Source: Neocallimastix sp. 'constans' (lineage: Eukaryota). Taken from it: a stretch of 64,000 bases of DNA. The notes under the pieces were generated by a model, which did no database searches, had not been told where the DNA came from, and worked only from the letters and a program-made list of their open reading frames with translations. Location of the stretch: positions 930,001 to 994,000 of the forward strand of contig JBODTK010000013.1 of the NCBI GenBank assembly GCA_050613775.1, written 5' to 3'. The first letter of the stretch is position 1, and every line of letters begins with the position of its first letter. Shown here piece after piece: positions 11,989 to 24,714 of this stretch. The position numbers and the translations under genes are program-made.

Positions 11989-14645
11989 GGACTACAAGAA
12001 GAAGTAATTAGTGCCATAAATCTTGATTATGAATTGAAATTACAATCCTTAGCTTTTGATATATCTTCTGATTCAGTATTCAAGTTAGAATTAAGAGGAG
12101 GATGTTGTGTTGATATGAATAAAAATTTAATTTTAATTGAAGATATCATTGATGAAGATTTATATCAAAGTATAATTAATAATAATAACAATGACTACTG
12201 CTGTATTGAATCCAAAATAATTAATTCCCCAGTTCATGGTGATTTTTTAAGTGATTTGGTTAAATATAATTATGTTATTAATAAAAGCAAATTAATTACT
12301 TCAGTTATAAATAAAAAATACACAGATATTAAGGATTATTTAGGATTGTCCATTGGACAATATAAAGCTTTATTGTGCGATTACTAGTCTATAGGAGAAA
12401 CCGATTTTCAATCAAAATCATATTCGGGTATATCAATAGAATTAATGTCTGTAACCACTGGTAATATAAACATGGTTTCAAAACTAATAAAATTAAATGC
12501 ATCTGATTTTTCCACACCATCATACAATGGTATGACTCCATTTTTAATGGCATTATTAAATAAAGACCAAGATATGCTCAATTTATTATTGGATCATCCA
12601 CATAAAATAGGTGATATCAATTACACAAATGAACTCAATAAAACTTATTTATATTACACTTGCTTATATAATATGCCTAACATTGCTAAAAGGATATTAT
12701 TATTAAATGGTAAAATGGATATATTGGATAAAAAGAACAGTAACAGTCCTTTTTAAATATTATTTGTCAAAATTCCAATGACGAATACTTAAAAGAGTTA
12801 CTTAAAACTGATATGATTATTCCCTACATTGATATTCAAAGACCAGATGGAAAAACACCTCTCCATTTTTCTTCCATTAATTCAATTTTATGTACTAAAT
12901 CATTATTAAAAAAAAAATGCTATTACCACTATTACCGACTGTTACTGAAATAATTGCTATGATACGGTACTTTATTCTGGAAGAATTGATTGTTACCAAG
13001 AACTTTGTAAAAAGACTAAATATCATAAAAAGTTACCTAAAATAATAATGAAAGCCATTCAGTCATTCAGTGATCCTCACATTAACCACTAGGTAGAAAT
13101 CAATTAGTTAAAAGAAAATATCATGGCGCTATTATTGACGAATGTGATAACTCGTTCTTAGATACTGCCTTGAATAGTGCTCGAATTACATATACATCAA
13201 AATATCATTATAACTGGGTATACGTTCCAATATTTAATTATGCTAATAATACAGTTTTCCCTACTGTTACTAAATTAAGAGAAATTATAAATCAATATGA
13301 AGGAGATATTCATCAAAACGAATTACTTCAAATTAAAGATAAAAAAAAAAAAAAATTGGATTCAAGCGGAAAAGGAAGCCTTGAGAAATACCATAAATAA
13401 AGATTACATTGTAGGATTCAATGAATAGTTACAAAAAAAGGAAGTACAACTTATTTCAAGTGACACAGGTAGAATTCAACATGGTTGTCGATTAAGTGGA
13501 AGTGTACATGAATTTATTGAAGTAAAAGAGGGATTGATTCCTGAGGAAGAATCATCAATTATTGGATGTATTTCACACCCTGCCTATTTCCAAAACTACC
13601 AAACTCTTTTTGGGCTAACTGGAACTATTGGAGAAGAAATAGAACAAAAAAAAGAAATTAGTAAAATATATGACGTCGATTTATATAACTTACCAAGAAA
13701 TTTTGAAGAAAAATTAGTTATAGAGGAAGCAGAAGTTTATGAAAGCAAAACACTTAAATATAAATTATATAATAGAAATAATTATGGATAATATTGTGCA
13801 ACAATTCATGTTAATTCTATTAGAAAGTTTACAAAAAAGTATAGAGTTTTCATATTTGCTGAAGAATCTCGGTTTGAACCCATTTGTATTAAATGATGCT
13901 CAAAAGGAAAAGGAAGATTATATATTAGAAAAAGCTGGACAACTTGGTAATATATTAATTTCTACCAACGCCGCAGGACGAGGAATAGATATTATATTAA
14001 GTAAGGAAGCTTTGAATGTTGGGGGTTTATACGTGATTTTTAGATTTTTCCCTTTAAATTCTAGAGTAGAGTTTCAAGGAATTGGTAGAGCAGGAAGACA
14101 AGGTCAACAAGGAAGAGCAAAAAATAATATTTTCCAAAGATGAATCTTTTGTTAAAGAATTACTTGTCATGTCATTCATAAGTCATCCAAGCTTTGAAAA
14201 TGAAAGAAATGGTATAATCGATTATTACTATAAAATAAGACATAATTATATGGAATATGAATCAAAAAGAAGAATTGCATATTCAGAAAAAGAAAAAAAA
14301 TATCTTTCAAACAACTTCAAAAATTCTTTGATTTCAAACGTCTTTTGTTAAACTCTTTCGCCAATCCAAAAATATTAAAAATATCATACAATATGACATG
14401 GAACCATATTCCCAATTAATTGTTAATGAAGAATATTGGCCAATTATGGTCTGATTATTATTCTGAAAAAAATTTCTAAAAATAGTTTTTCTTCCTCCGA
14501 TAATGAACACAACTTACTTATTGGCCATTTGGAATACTTTTTAGAAGAAATTAAAATTAAGCAATCTCATGATCCTCACCATAAGAGTAATGAAAACAAC
14601 ATTATTATTGAAATTATTGAAAAATTTAAAAATCAATTAGGTTAA
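11989..14645 (+). pseudogene. Ankyrin-repeat + SecA-like SF2 ATPase pseudogene with multiple stops and frameshifts
   Basis: Ankyrin motifs NGMTPFLMAL, NKTYLYYTC and DGKTPLHFSS. SecA-type motifs AIIDECDNSFLD (~13127), KDYIV..DTGRIQHGCRLSGSVHEFIEVKEG, FQNYQTLFGLTGT, STNAAGRGIDIIL, GGLYVI and RVEFQGIGRAGRQGQQG. No introns evident. Confidence 0.85.
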
Positions 14646-15310
14646 ACTGTCAATGAAAAAAAAAAAAAAAAAATTATCAATTTATTATTTTCCTTTATTT
14701 AAATTTATAATAAATATATATATCTTATAATATTATTATAATAAAGTATAGTTAAATATATATAATAAAAACAAAAACAAAAACAATTTTTTTTATTTTT
14801 TTTTTTTTATTCAATAATATTTTTATTAATAAATATCATATTAATATCATTTATTTGCTTTATATTATTAAATGTTTTGAAAAACTCTACTTTTTTTTTT
14901 TTTTTAACATATTTATATTTTTTTTATTGTTTAATAAAAATATTTATATAAAAATTTTAAATAAATATTAATATAAAAATCAAGCATTTTAAATTAAATA
15001 ACATAGATTTAATGAACTTACTATAAATTTCTTTATATATATTATGGAAAAATAGTATAGGTATTAAAACTATGAAAAGAAATATTAATAAATAAAATTT
15101 TATTTTATATGTTTTAGCAAATTATTAATTTACTATTATTATTGATTAATTATAAATAAGATATTTAAAGTAATAAAGAATATATTATTTACAGTACATT
15201 CTTTTTAAAAGAATATGAAATATTAAAATTAATAAAAAAAATTAAATGTAGACAGATAAATAAATATTTTATTTAAAAAAAAAAAATAAAAAAAAAAAAA
15301 AAAAAAAAAA

Positions 15311-15348
<38 letters not shown>

Positions 15349-15460
15349 GATAATAATGAAATGAAAAATGAAAAAAAATATAAAAATGAAAAAAATGTAT
15401 TAAAATGAATGAAATAGTATTTATTATATTTAATATAGGATAAAAATATTAAAAACGCGT

Positions 15461-15583
15461 ATTTTAGTTGATTTTATATTTTCATAGAGTTAAATCTAGG
15501 AGATTCTTAACTCTAAGATGTATTAAAAATAAAAAACGAATACTATACTGCTTTTTTTTTTTTTTTTTTTTGTAAAGATAATA
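15461..15583 (+). repeat. ~110-bp direct repeat, copy 2, with an expanded T tract
   Basis: Matches 8746-8855. Confidence 0.9.
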
Positions 15584-16092
15584 AACTTTTTTATTAATAG
15601 AATAGAAAGGAAAAATAAATAATATTTTATTAAGATTTATTAAAATAATCTTTTATATAAAAACTAACACATAATTAAATAAAATATAATTTGTCATTTT
15701 ATGATTATTTTTATATATTTTTTATTTATTTATTTTATAAATAAACGAGTTTAAATTATTTTAAATGATTTTATTGAATAATAGAGTTTAATTATTTTAT
15801 TGGATAATAGAGTTTAAATTATTTTATTGAACAATAGAGATTATATTTAACTATTTAACTTAAATATTTGTGTATTTGTGTAAAATTATAATAAATAAAT
15901 CTTTAATATTAAATAATTTTTTTTTAATTCTTTTTTAATTTTTTTTTTTTTTTTTAATTTTTTTTTTTTTTTTTTAATTTTTTTTTTTTTTAATTTAAAT
16001 TTCCAAAATTAGTCTAATAAATAGTAAATCTTATTCCTATCTATTCTTTTATTATTTTTATTCTTATTACTATGAATTAAAATAATTTTTTT

Positions 16093-17358
16093 TTATTCTA
16101 TATCATGATCAACCATAGCACAAACACATGAATCTGACCAAACATTTTCAGCGGTTTCGATCATATCAATAATAGTGTAAATTGGTAAGATAATACCTAA
16201 AATACCAACAGGAGCATTAACACCAGTCATCAATGATAATGTCAAGAAATAACATCCCATAGGTACACCAGCATTACCAATAGCTGATACAACTGAGATA
16301 AGAATCCACAATAAAATTGTTAAAAAGTTAATTGTTGTACCTCCATTCTTTAATACAAATAATGAGGTTGCAAGGATAAAGGCGGCACAACCATTCATAT
16401 TGATAGTTGTACAAATAGGTAATACAAAACGAGCGATTTTACTCTTAACTCCTAATCTTTGTTCGGCAGTATTCATAGTGACAGGTAAAGTAGCTGCACT
16501 ACTCTTAGTAAAGAGTGCCATTAAGAGGGCAGGTGTCATCTTTCTAAATACATGAATAGGATTCAATCTACGGATAAGAAGGAAGATTGGTAATACAATA
16601 AAGAATTGAATAGCATTTCCAACCAAAACTACGATGACATATTTTCCGATTGAGTCTGCTACGATACCTGCAGATAATTGGGCTGATAATTGTGCTGCAA
16701 AAGCTATGATACCAAGAGGAAGAGTCCAGATGAGTCCACGGATAAGAAGGAAAAGTAACTCCTGAAGACCCTTAAGAATCTTAATAAGAGCATCCTTATT
16801 TTCACTTTCAGAAAGCTTTGACAATCCAATACCACCAGCAAAAGCAAGAATCAATAAAGAAAGTACATTACCCTCAAGGAATGGACGAATGATATTGTCT
16901 GGTATAACACCAAGTATATGATTATAATATGACTCATTGTCTTTGGTTTCCTCTTTTACAGTACTGTCACCCTTACTGATGAGATCTGCAGGAAGATTAC
17001 CAGGAGATATCAATACAAAAAGCACAGCTGCTACAATAGCTGCTGAAAAGGTTGTCAATAATGTATATACTATAGTATGTCCGAAGATCTTTCCAGATCC
17101 CTTCGAACCAAAAGTAGCAAAAGTTGTAATTACTGATAATACGATTGTAGGTACAGCCAATAATTTGAATAACCTGGTATAGACCGTTGCAATAAAATCC
17201 ATTAATTTATTAAGCCAATCAACACCCAATAACCCTAATACTATACCTATTACGAGTGCAGCAATCCATAATAAAGTCTTTTTCCATGTTTCTTTATTTT
17301 TTTTATCGTGAATGTATGAAGAAAAAGTTTTTTCTTCAATTGGATTAATATCTGCCAT
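16093..17358 (-). CDS. Dicarboxylate/amino acid:cation symporter (DAACS/SDF family, SstT/GltP-like), intronless
   Basis: 421-aa multi-TM ORF. Motifs GVIPDNI, FTKSSAATLP (HP1 serine motif), TINMNG (TM7 NMDG equivalent), IGNAGVP (HP2) and IDMIETAENVWSD (TM8). Confidence 0.93.
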   Translation of the reverse strand: MADINPIEEKTFSSYIHDKKNKETWKKTLLWIAALVIGIVLGLLGVDWLNKLMDFIATVYTRLFKLLAVPTIVLSVITTFATFGSKGSGKIFGHTIVYTLLTTFSAAIVAAVLFVLISPGNLPADLISKGDSTVKEETKDNESYYNHILGVIPDNIIRPFLEGNVLSLLILAFAGGIGLSKLSESENKDALIKILKGLQELLFLLIRGLIWTLPLGIIAFAAQLSAQLSAGIVADSIGKYVIVVLVGNAIQFFIVLPIFLLIRRLNPIHVFRKMTPALLMALFTKSSAATLPVTMNTAEQRLGVKSKIARFVLPICTTINMNGCAAFILATSLFVLKNGGTTINFLTILLWILISVVSAIGNAGVPMGCYFLTLSLMTGVNAPVGILGIILPIYTIIDMIETAENVWSDSCVCAMVDHDIE

Positions 17359-17733
17359 TTTGTATTATATGTTCTAGTCGATTTTACTTTTTATGAATTT
17401 TCTTTTAAATTTACTTAATTTAATTACTTATTTTTTTTTATTTTTTTTTATTTATTTAATTATTTTTTTTAATTTATTTTTTTTTTTTATAATTTATTTA
17501 TTTATTATTGAACTTTATTTTGAAGGGATTTTACTCTTATTTTATATATTTCAAAATAAATATAAATAAATAAAATATTTCATAATTCTTAATAAACTTT
17601 TCACTTAACTCTTTAATATATATAAATATAAATATATTATATATAAATAATATATTTTAAAATTAATTTAATTTATTGAATATTATTAAAAATTATGTAT
17701 CATAAAAATGTTAACATTAGTTTATCACTAACT

Positions 17734-17774
<41 letters not shown>

Positions 17775-18849
17775 AATATACTATTAAGATAATTTTTCAC
17801 CATTATTTAATTTAGGTTTAATTAAATATCAAAAATTTATCATGGTTAAAGCCAGAATTTTATTATTGTTATTATTGTTAAGTAAAATAATCAGAACAAA
17901 AAAAAAACGTTTTTGGTAATTAGTAGTTGACATAAATCCAAATTTAGTCAATAAAAAAAATTTTTTTTTTAATTATAAACTTAAAATTTTATATTATTAA
18001 CATAAGAAATTATTGGTTATAGATTAACTAATATTATTTAACAATTTTGCCTTGTGTAATTCTGATTTTTTCTTTTTTTTTTTTTTTATTTTTTGTTCTT
18101 GTTTTTTTTTAAAATATAAATATAAATATATTATCCTTGCATAACAAATATTAAGTCGATTATTTTAACTAAATAATATATTTTAAAATTTGTTTTTAAT
18201 TTACAAATTATACAAATTTAATTTTTTTTTTTTTAACATAATATTTTTAAATATTTTGTATTAATTATATATATATAAATACAAATGAATGAATAAATAA
18301 ATACCATAAATAATATATAGGCAATAAATAAATTTACATAAATAAATACAAATATAAATATATAATTAAAAATTATATTTATTTTATTAATTGTTAAATT
18401 CAAAAAAATAAAATAAAATAAAATAAAAATTATATTAATTTGTCAATAAAATACTCATATTAAATAATAAAATCAATGTTAATAATAACAATAATAATAA
18501 TATAAAATAAATATACCAAAAAAAAAAAAAAAAAACAGAAGTAATAATTCATAAATAAAGCAAAATATCAATTTATATTTATTTTATTATATATATATTT
18601 GATTTTAAAGTAAATATATATAGAAAATAAAATAAAATATCTATAATATTAATATATTAATAGATCTTTATGAAAAATATGAAAAATAAAATTATAACAT
18701 TATTAAATTCTTTTTAATGTAAATAATAGTTTAATGTTAACCATTAAAAACAATAATTAAAATCTGATAAATACTGATAATTTTAATGATAGCATAGAAG
18801 CAAAATAATTATATTTTCAAATATTTAGTATTGTAATATTTTTAATTAT

Positions 18850-19160
18850 TAATTTTATTGAATTTGAATAGATAGGTTTTATTAAATATAACTTTTGATA
18901 TTTTCAAGATTAGTATCCTCAAAATTACTAAATGATTTTGAAAATTTATCATAACTACATCTTTTAAATATTTTATTTTCTTCTATATTTTTATTTATAT
19001 TATTAGATTCAATAGTCTCTTTACTTGTTTTTTCTTGACTATTATTATCATTTTCAGTTTCCATTGTATTTTTCTTATTTTTATCTTCTTAATTCCTTTT
19101 GAATTCTCATAAATAGATTCTCTTTATTTAATTCCATTTTCACTTAGTATTTTGACATTT
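18850..19160 (-). pseudogene. Small heat-shock protein (HSP20) pseudogene, copy A
   Basis: RCSYDKFSKSFSNFEDTNLENIKS resembles the alpha-crystallin ExSYGKFxRSFxLP motif. Upstream VKMELN..RESIYENSK is homologous to copy B. Confidence 0.65.
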
Positions 19161-19259
19161 ATATATATATATTTAGATTATTATAAAAAGTAATCATTTA
19201 TAAAAAGATATTTAATAATTTAATTATTAAATAATTTAATATAAAAAATATGTATTTAC

Positions 19260-19666
19260 ATTTCTACCCTTGTTTCAATTGAAAACTCTTTATTTAATGA
19301 TTCTTGAAGATGATTTTTTTTAATTAATCTTTCATTAAAATATATTATTTTTTCAGTTTAGATCATCTTCATAATTATTTCCATTGTCATAATCATTACA
19401 AAATATACATATAATACTTTAGAAAAATAATTATCAAGAGCATAAAATAATAATAAAAATTCTCAATTTGATGATTTTTCTCAAAAAAATTAATCTTAAG
19501 GAAGATGAAAATAATTCATATTTACTTACTTAAAATGACAAAAGAACAAGGTGATGATGGAATTAAATGAAGATCGTATTTTAACTATTTCAGGAAAAAG
19601 ATAATCTATTTATGATTAGTCAAAAGAAATTAAAAAGATAAAAATAGGAAAAATGAAAAGGAAATG

Positions 19667-19701
<35 letters not shown>

Positions 19702-19825
19702 AGACGATTGAATCTAATAATACAGATGAAAATAAAAAAGAAAATAAAAAAGAAAATAAAAATATTTAAAAAAAAAAAAAAAAAGAAAAAAAGTTATATA
19801 ATTGAATGTAGTTATGGTAAATTTT
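19260..19825 (+). pseudogene. Small heat-shock protein (HSP20) pseudogene, copy B
   Basis: Fragments DDFSQK/INLKEDENN, MTKEQ, MELNEDRILTISGKR and IECSYGKF, interrupted by frameshifts and A-tracts. Confidence 0.75.
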
Positions 19826-20817
19826 ATATATATAAATATTTTTGTTTAAAATAAAAAAAAAATTATCAAAAATAGGTAATAACCAAATTTCTTTAAAAGT
19901 GTACATATTTTTCTAATTAGTATAATTTCCTATTATCAAAAGCAATATTTAACTTTATTTCCTATTGTAATATCTGTTCTATATTCAATAGAATTAATCG
20001 TTATAGTTAATTTTTATTGTTGCTCAGTAATTATGTATCTTTATCTAAAAAACTTTAAAAATTTTATTTATTTATTTTACTTTGAAATTGATTATTTTGA
20101 AGAAAAAAAAAAAAAATTCTAAAATAGGAAAAATTAAAAAGTTTTTTCCACAATAATAAAGTTGTATATCCGAAAGTTGCTTTTCGTAAATTGTGGCGTT
20201 TCAAAATTTTTGTAAATAAATTAATAAATAAATTAATAAATAAATAATTATAATAAATAATGTTAAATTAGTTAATATATTAAAAATTTTTTTTATTTTT
20301 ATTATTTTTTATTTTTATTTATTTTAAAAAATATTTTTTAAATATATATATATTTAAAAAAAAAAAAAATAAATCATTATTGAAATTTATAAAAAGAATT
20401 TAAAATAAAATAAAAGAAACATTTAAAAATTAAAGAGGTTTATATATCTTAAAAATATAGAAAAAAAAATCTTAAAATATTCATAAAATAAAATATTCAT
20501 TATATATCTTTAAAATATATATATATATATATAAATAAAATATTATTTAAAAAAACCATTGCTTAAAAACAAAAAAAAAAAAAAATTATTTACTTTATTA
20601 TATGTTATTAATATTAAGAATATAAATCATTGATTATTTTTTATCTATTTAATTATTGATGATTTATATTTATTATATAAATTTAATTATTTGCTATAAA
20701 TTAATAAATATTAATTGTTTATTTTTAAAAAATAAAATATTTTCTAAATTATTTGTTAACTAAAAAGACTAAATAAGTTATAATCAGATTTAGAAATAAA
20801 TTTAAATATATTATAAC

Positions 20818-20864
<47 letters not shown>

Positions 20865-21154
20865 CAACTGTTAAATTAAAATAAATATAATCTATAAATT
20901 ACAAAAATATAAGATGGTTTCTTAATTAAATTATCGTAAATAATTCCATCAAATATTTATAATAATAATAATAATAATAAATTATATTTTTTTATTGATT
21001 CAAATATTGATGAAATATTGATGAAACAATAGTAGTTTTATTAAAAAATAAAAATAACTATATTTGGTAATAAAAAATGATATTTTATATGTAATGTATA
21101 AAAACAATTCACTACCGAAAAATTAAAATTTTTAATTAAAAATTTTGGTATTAC

Positions 21155-21596
21155 TTTTTTTTTTTCTTACTAATTAACAAAAGGGGAAGACAATAGAGTC
21201 TCCAGTCTCTTTTCCTTAAACGTATCAGATTTTCATTTGATTCTTTTCTATACCGTTTCAGTGTCTATGCGGACCTCTCTAAGTAAGGCTAATATGAAAA
21301 ACATATTCCCTATACGTTGCTTTTATACGACAGGCTTCTTTTCAATGATCTCTTGAACCATCATCGAGGGAGGAGTAACTACACTGATCCCCTCACAAAT
21401 CAAGTGCTATCTACACTAATAATTATATGGTCTATGGTCTAACAACTGAAATACTTGATACAAAGAGCGAACACCAACTTCATTTATAGGGAAAAATTAC
21501 CCATATAAATTCAAGAGATAGTCGCAGGGCCAATCCAGAAACCTTATGTATTGTTAGCCTTGAGTACCAATCTCCAGGATTAAAACTGAAAAGACT
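21155..21596 (-). mobile_element. ~440-bp non-coding retroposon-like insert (SINE-like)
   Basis: GC-richer island with a T-tract at its left end. Flanked by TTTTGGTATTAC (21143-21154) and TTTTGTTATTAC (21597-21608), a 1-mismatch candidate TSD. Contains GGGGAAGAC-N6-GTCTCCAGTCT, shared with the 34474 element. Confidence 0.55.
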
Positions 21597-22075
21597 TTTT
21601 GTTATTACAAATTAAAATAACGGTGTTGAAAGAAACAGTGAATTATTTTTAGTTTTAAATTTAATAAATTCGTAAATATATAAATAAAAAAAATAAAAAA
21701 TTTATATAAATCTTTTATAAAACTACATTGGGAGTTGTGATTTTCAAAAAATGGTTGTAAAAATAGTAATTTTACCCCACATCATTTTTTTTTTATACAT
21801 CTTAAATAAATAAATAATAATTAATTATTTTATCTTTTAAACCTTAAAAAATAAAATAATTCCATACACATTTTTTATTTTTTTTTTATTTTTTATTTAA
21901 TAAATAAATTAATATTAATAGTAAATAATCAAATAAATATTTTATTTTCTAAACCTTAAAAAAAAATAAAATGATTTAATAAACATTTTTTGTTTTTTTA
22001 AAATAAATAAATAAATGATATAACCCTGGTTCGAGAAAGTTATTGTTGTGATAAATTTATTAAATTTATTGAAGT

Positions 22076-22131
<56 letters not shown>

Positions 22132-22329
22132 TATATTTTATTATTATGATTACTTATATTTATTAAAGTAAAAATAATTATTCTTGATTATGCATTTAAA
22201 ACTATCTAATCACTCTCTCGCACACTTACTCGTAATTCAGAAAAATATTTTAATTTTATGTTATAAAATTATAATTAACTATTTAATTAGTAATTTTTGT
22301 GATTAAAATAAATTATTTAATGAATTTTT

Positions 22330-23190
22330 TATATTAAAGTATTACAAATATTGCGTTTGGGTATTACAAAAGATCATTAGAAATGCAAAAACAAAAAAAA
22401 TTATGTTATAATATAGTGGCTAATAATAATAATAATAATAATAAAATAATAATAATATATATTTATTATTATTAGAATAAAATGATACAACACATAACTC
22501 ATCTTTTATTAACTCTGAATTGTATACTTGATATTTATATTATTATTAAAAGTATATACAAAAAAAAAAAAAAAAAAATTATGACAATTTCCTGAAATAT
22601 TTAGAATACTTTAAAAATAACTATATACTTAAATATCATAAAATCATAAAGATAATTGGAATTATTATAATAATATGAGACATACAACAAATATAACGAA
22701 TCAAAATTTTTTAATAATTACTTAAATAATCTTTTTCCAAAAAAAAAAAAAAAAAAAACTTCCTTTTATAAATTAAATATATTTAGAATACTTTTAAAAT
22801 AACTATATATTTAAATATCATAAGGGTAATTGGAATTATTATAATAATATGAGACATACAACAAATATAACGAATCAAAATTTTTTAATAATTACTTAAA
22901 TAATCTTTTTCCAAAAAAAAAAAAATAGTCGAATCCTTAAATTATAATAATTACCAAAGGAGAATTGGAGGAATTTGATAAAAAAAATAGTAGAATCCTT
23001 AACTTATAATAATTACAAGAGGAGAATTGGAGGAATTTGATGAAAAAAAAATAATAATAATTAAAAAATAATTAAAAGAACTGATGAAATAATATATTTA
23101 AATTAAAAATTACAAAAAGTATGGAAAAAGAGTTAATTATAATGGTTATAATATAAAATAATATGATTGAATTATGGTATAATGGTCCAA
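22330..23190 (+). pseudogene. Heavily decayed third MULE transposase (C-terminal half)
   Basis: Fragments YCVW.YKRSLEMQK..KLCYN, FLKYLEYFKNNY, NWNYYNNMRHTTN, NNYLNNLFPKK, YNNYQRRIGGI, KRTDEI and IELWYN match the two better-preserved transposases. Internal tandem duplications at ~22595-22925 and ~22925-23045. Confidence 0.8.
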
Positions 23191-24714
23191 TTTGATTTAA
23201 ATAATAAAAAAAAAAAAACTAATTTATTATAAATTAGTATTTTTCTAACCTTTTATAAATTAAAATTATAAATTTGAACTAATCATAATAGAAATTATTT
23301 TTTAGTTATTTTTTATTGACTAAATAACAACTAAAATTACTCCATTTATCAATGGTTCATATTTTATTAAAATCAGCAATAAAACTAAATATATCAATAT
23401 TAATCTTTATAATTAATGTTTTATTAATATTAATATCAATATTATATAATTATAACTTTATTAACATCGATATAAATATTATATACTTCAAATTTTATTA
23501 ATATCAATATAAATGAATGTTATTAAATAATATTCTTATAAAAACTTTTATTTTTTATTTTAATAAAATTCTAGTTGCTATTACTACACTCAGTAATAGA
23601 GTAAAACAAAAATTAATATATATTATATTTAAATAAGATTAAATATTAAGAGTCCTATTTTAATTTAAAAAATATTAAAATAAATAATTATAATAATAAT
23701 AATAATAATAATAAATAATAATAATAATAATAATAATAAATAATAATAATAATAATAATAATAATATAAAATAAAAATAAAAAAACTTACAACCATAAAT
23801 CGTATTTATTAAATTTATTTATTTAGTGTATAATCTTGGTTTTCAAATATATGTAACGTTTTTTTTATAATAATATTTTATTAATATTTCTATATATGAT
23901 AATTATTAAGTTTATAATAATTTTAAAAACTCTTTCATTGATATCCCATTGATTCAAATGATATAAAAAATGGGGGTGGTGCGTTTCGGAATGTGGCTTT
24001 AAATAATTTTACATAAATTTTCATTTCGGAATGTGGCTTATATAATTTTTTATAAATTTTTATTTATGAATATAATATTTAAAACATTAAAATAAAATGG
24101 CACATATAATTTCATTGAAAAAATAATTATTAAAAATATTTAAAATGTGATATATTTCAAAAAAAATGATGATTTACATTCGCCATATTCTGAAAATTTT
24201 TATTTATTTATTAATTTATTCATTTATTTATTTAATAATAATATTTAATAATATTTTTTTTTTTTTGTACTATTTTTTAATTATAAAGTTTGTTTATTAT
24301 ATGGAAATATAATAATTTACATTAATTTAAAATACTGTAAAAATTATAATAAAATTCATGTTAATATATATGAATATTCTATATCATTTACTTTATTATA
24401 TAATTTATTTGTTGCTAAATTCAGTTTTTATATTAATTTCATATCAATATCTTATTTATTTTATTTTATCATATTATATATTATTATTTCACTGCATATT
24501 TATTTATTTTATATTATTTTATTTTATTTCGATTGATACTTGCAATTTATTATAATTCACATATTTATTTTATTTATTTTATTTTATTAGTACTTGTATT
24601 TTTATTATAATTCAAATATTTATTTTATTTTATTTTATTTTATTTTTATTAATACTTGTATTTTTATTATAATTCAAATAATTTTTTTATTTTATTTTAT
24701 TTTATTTTATTTTA

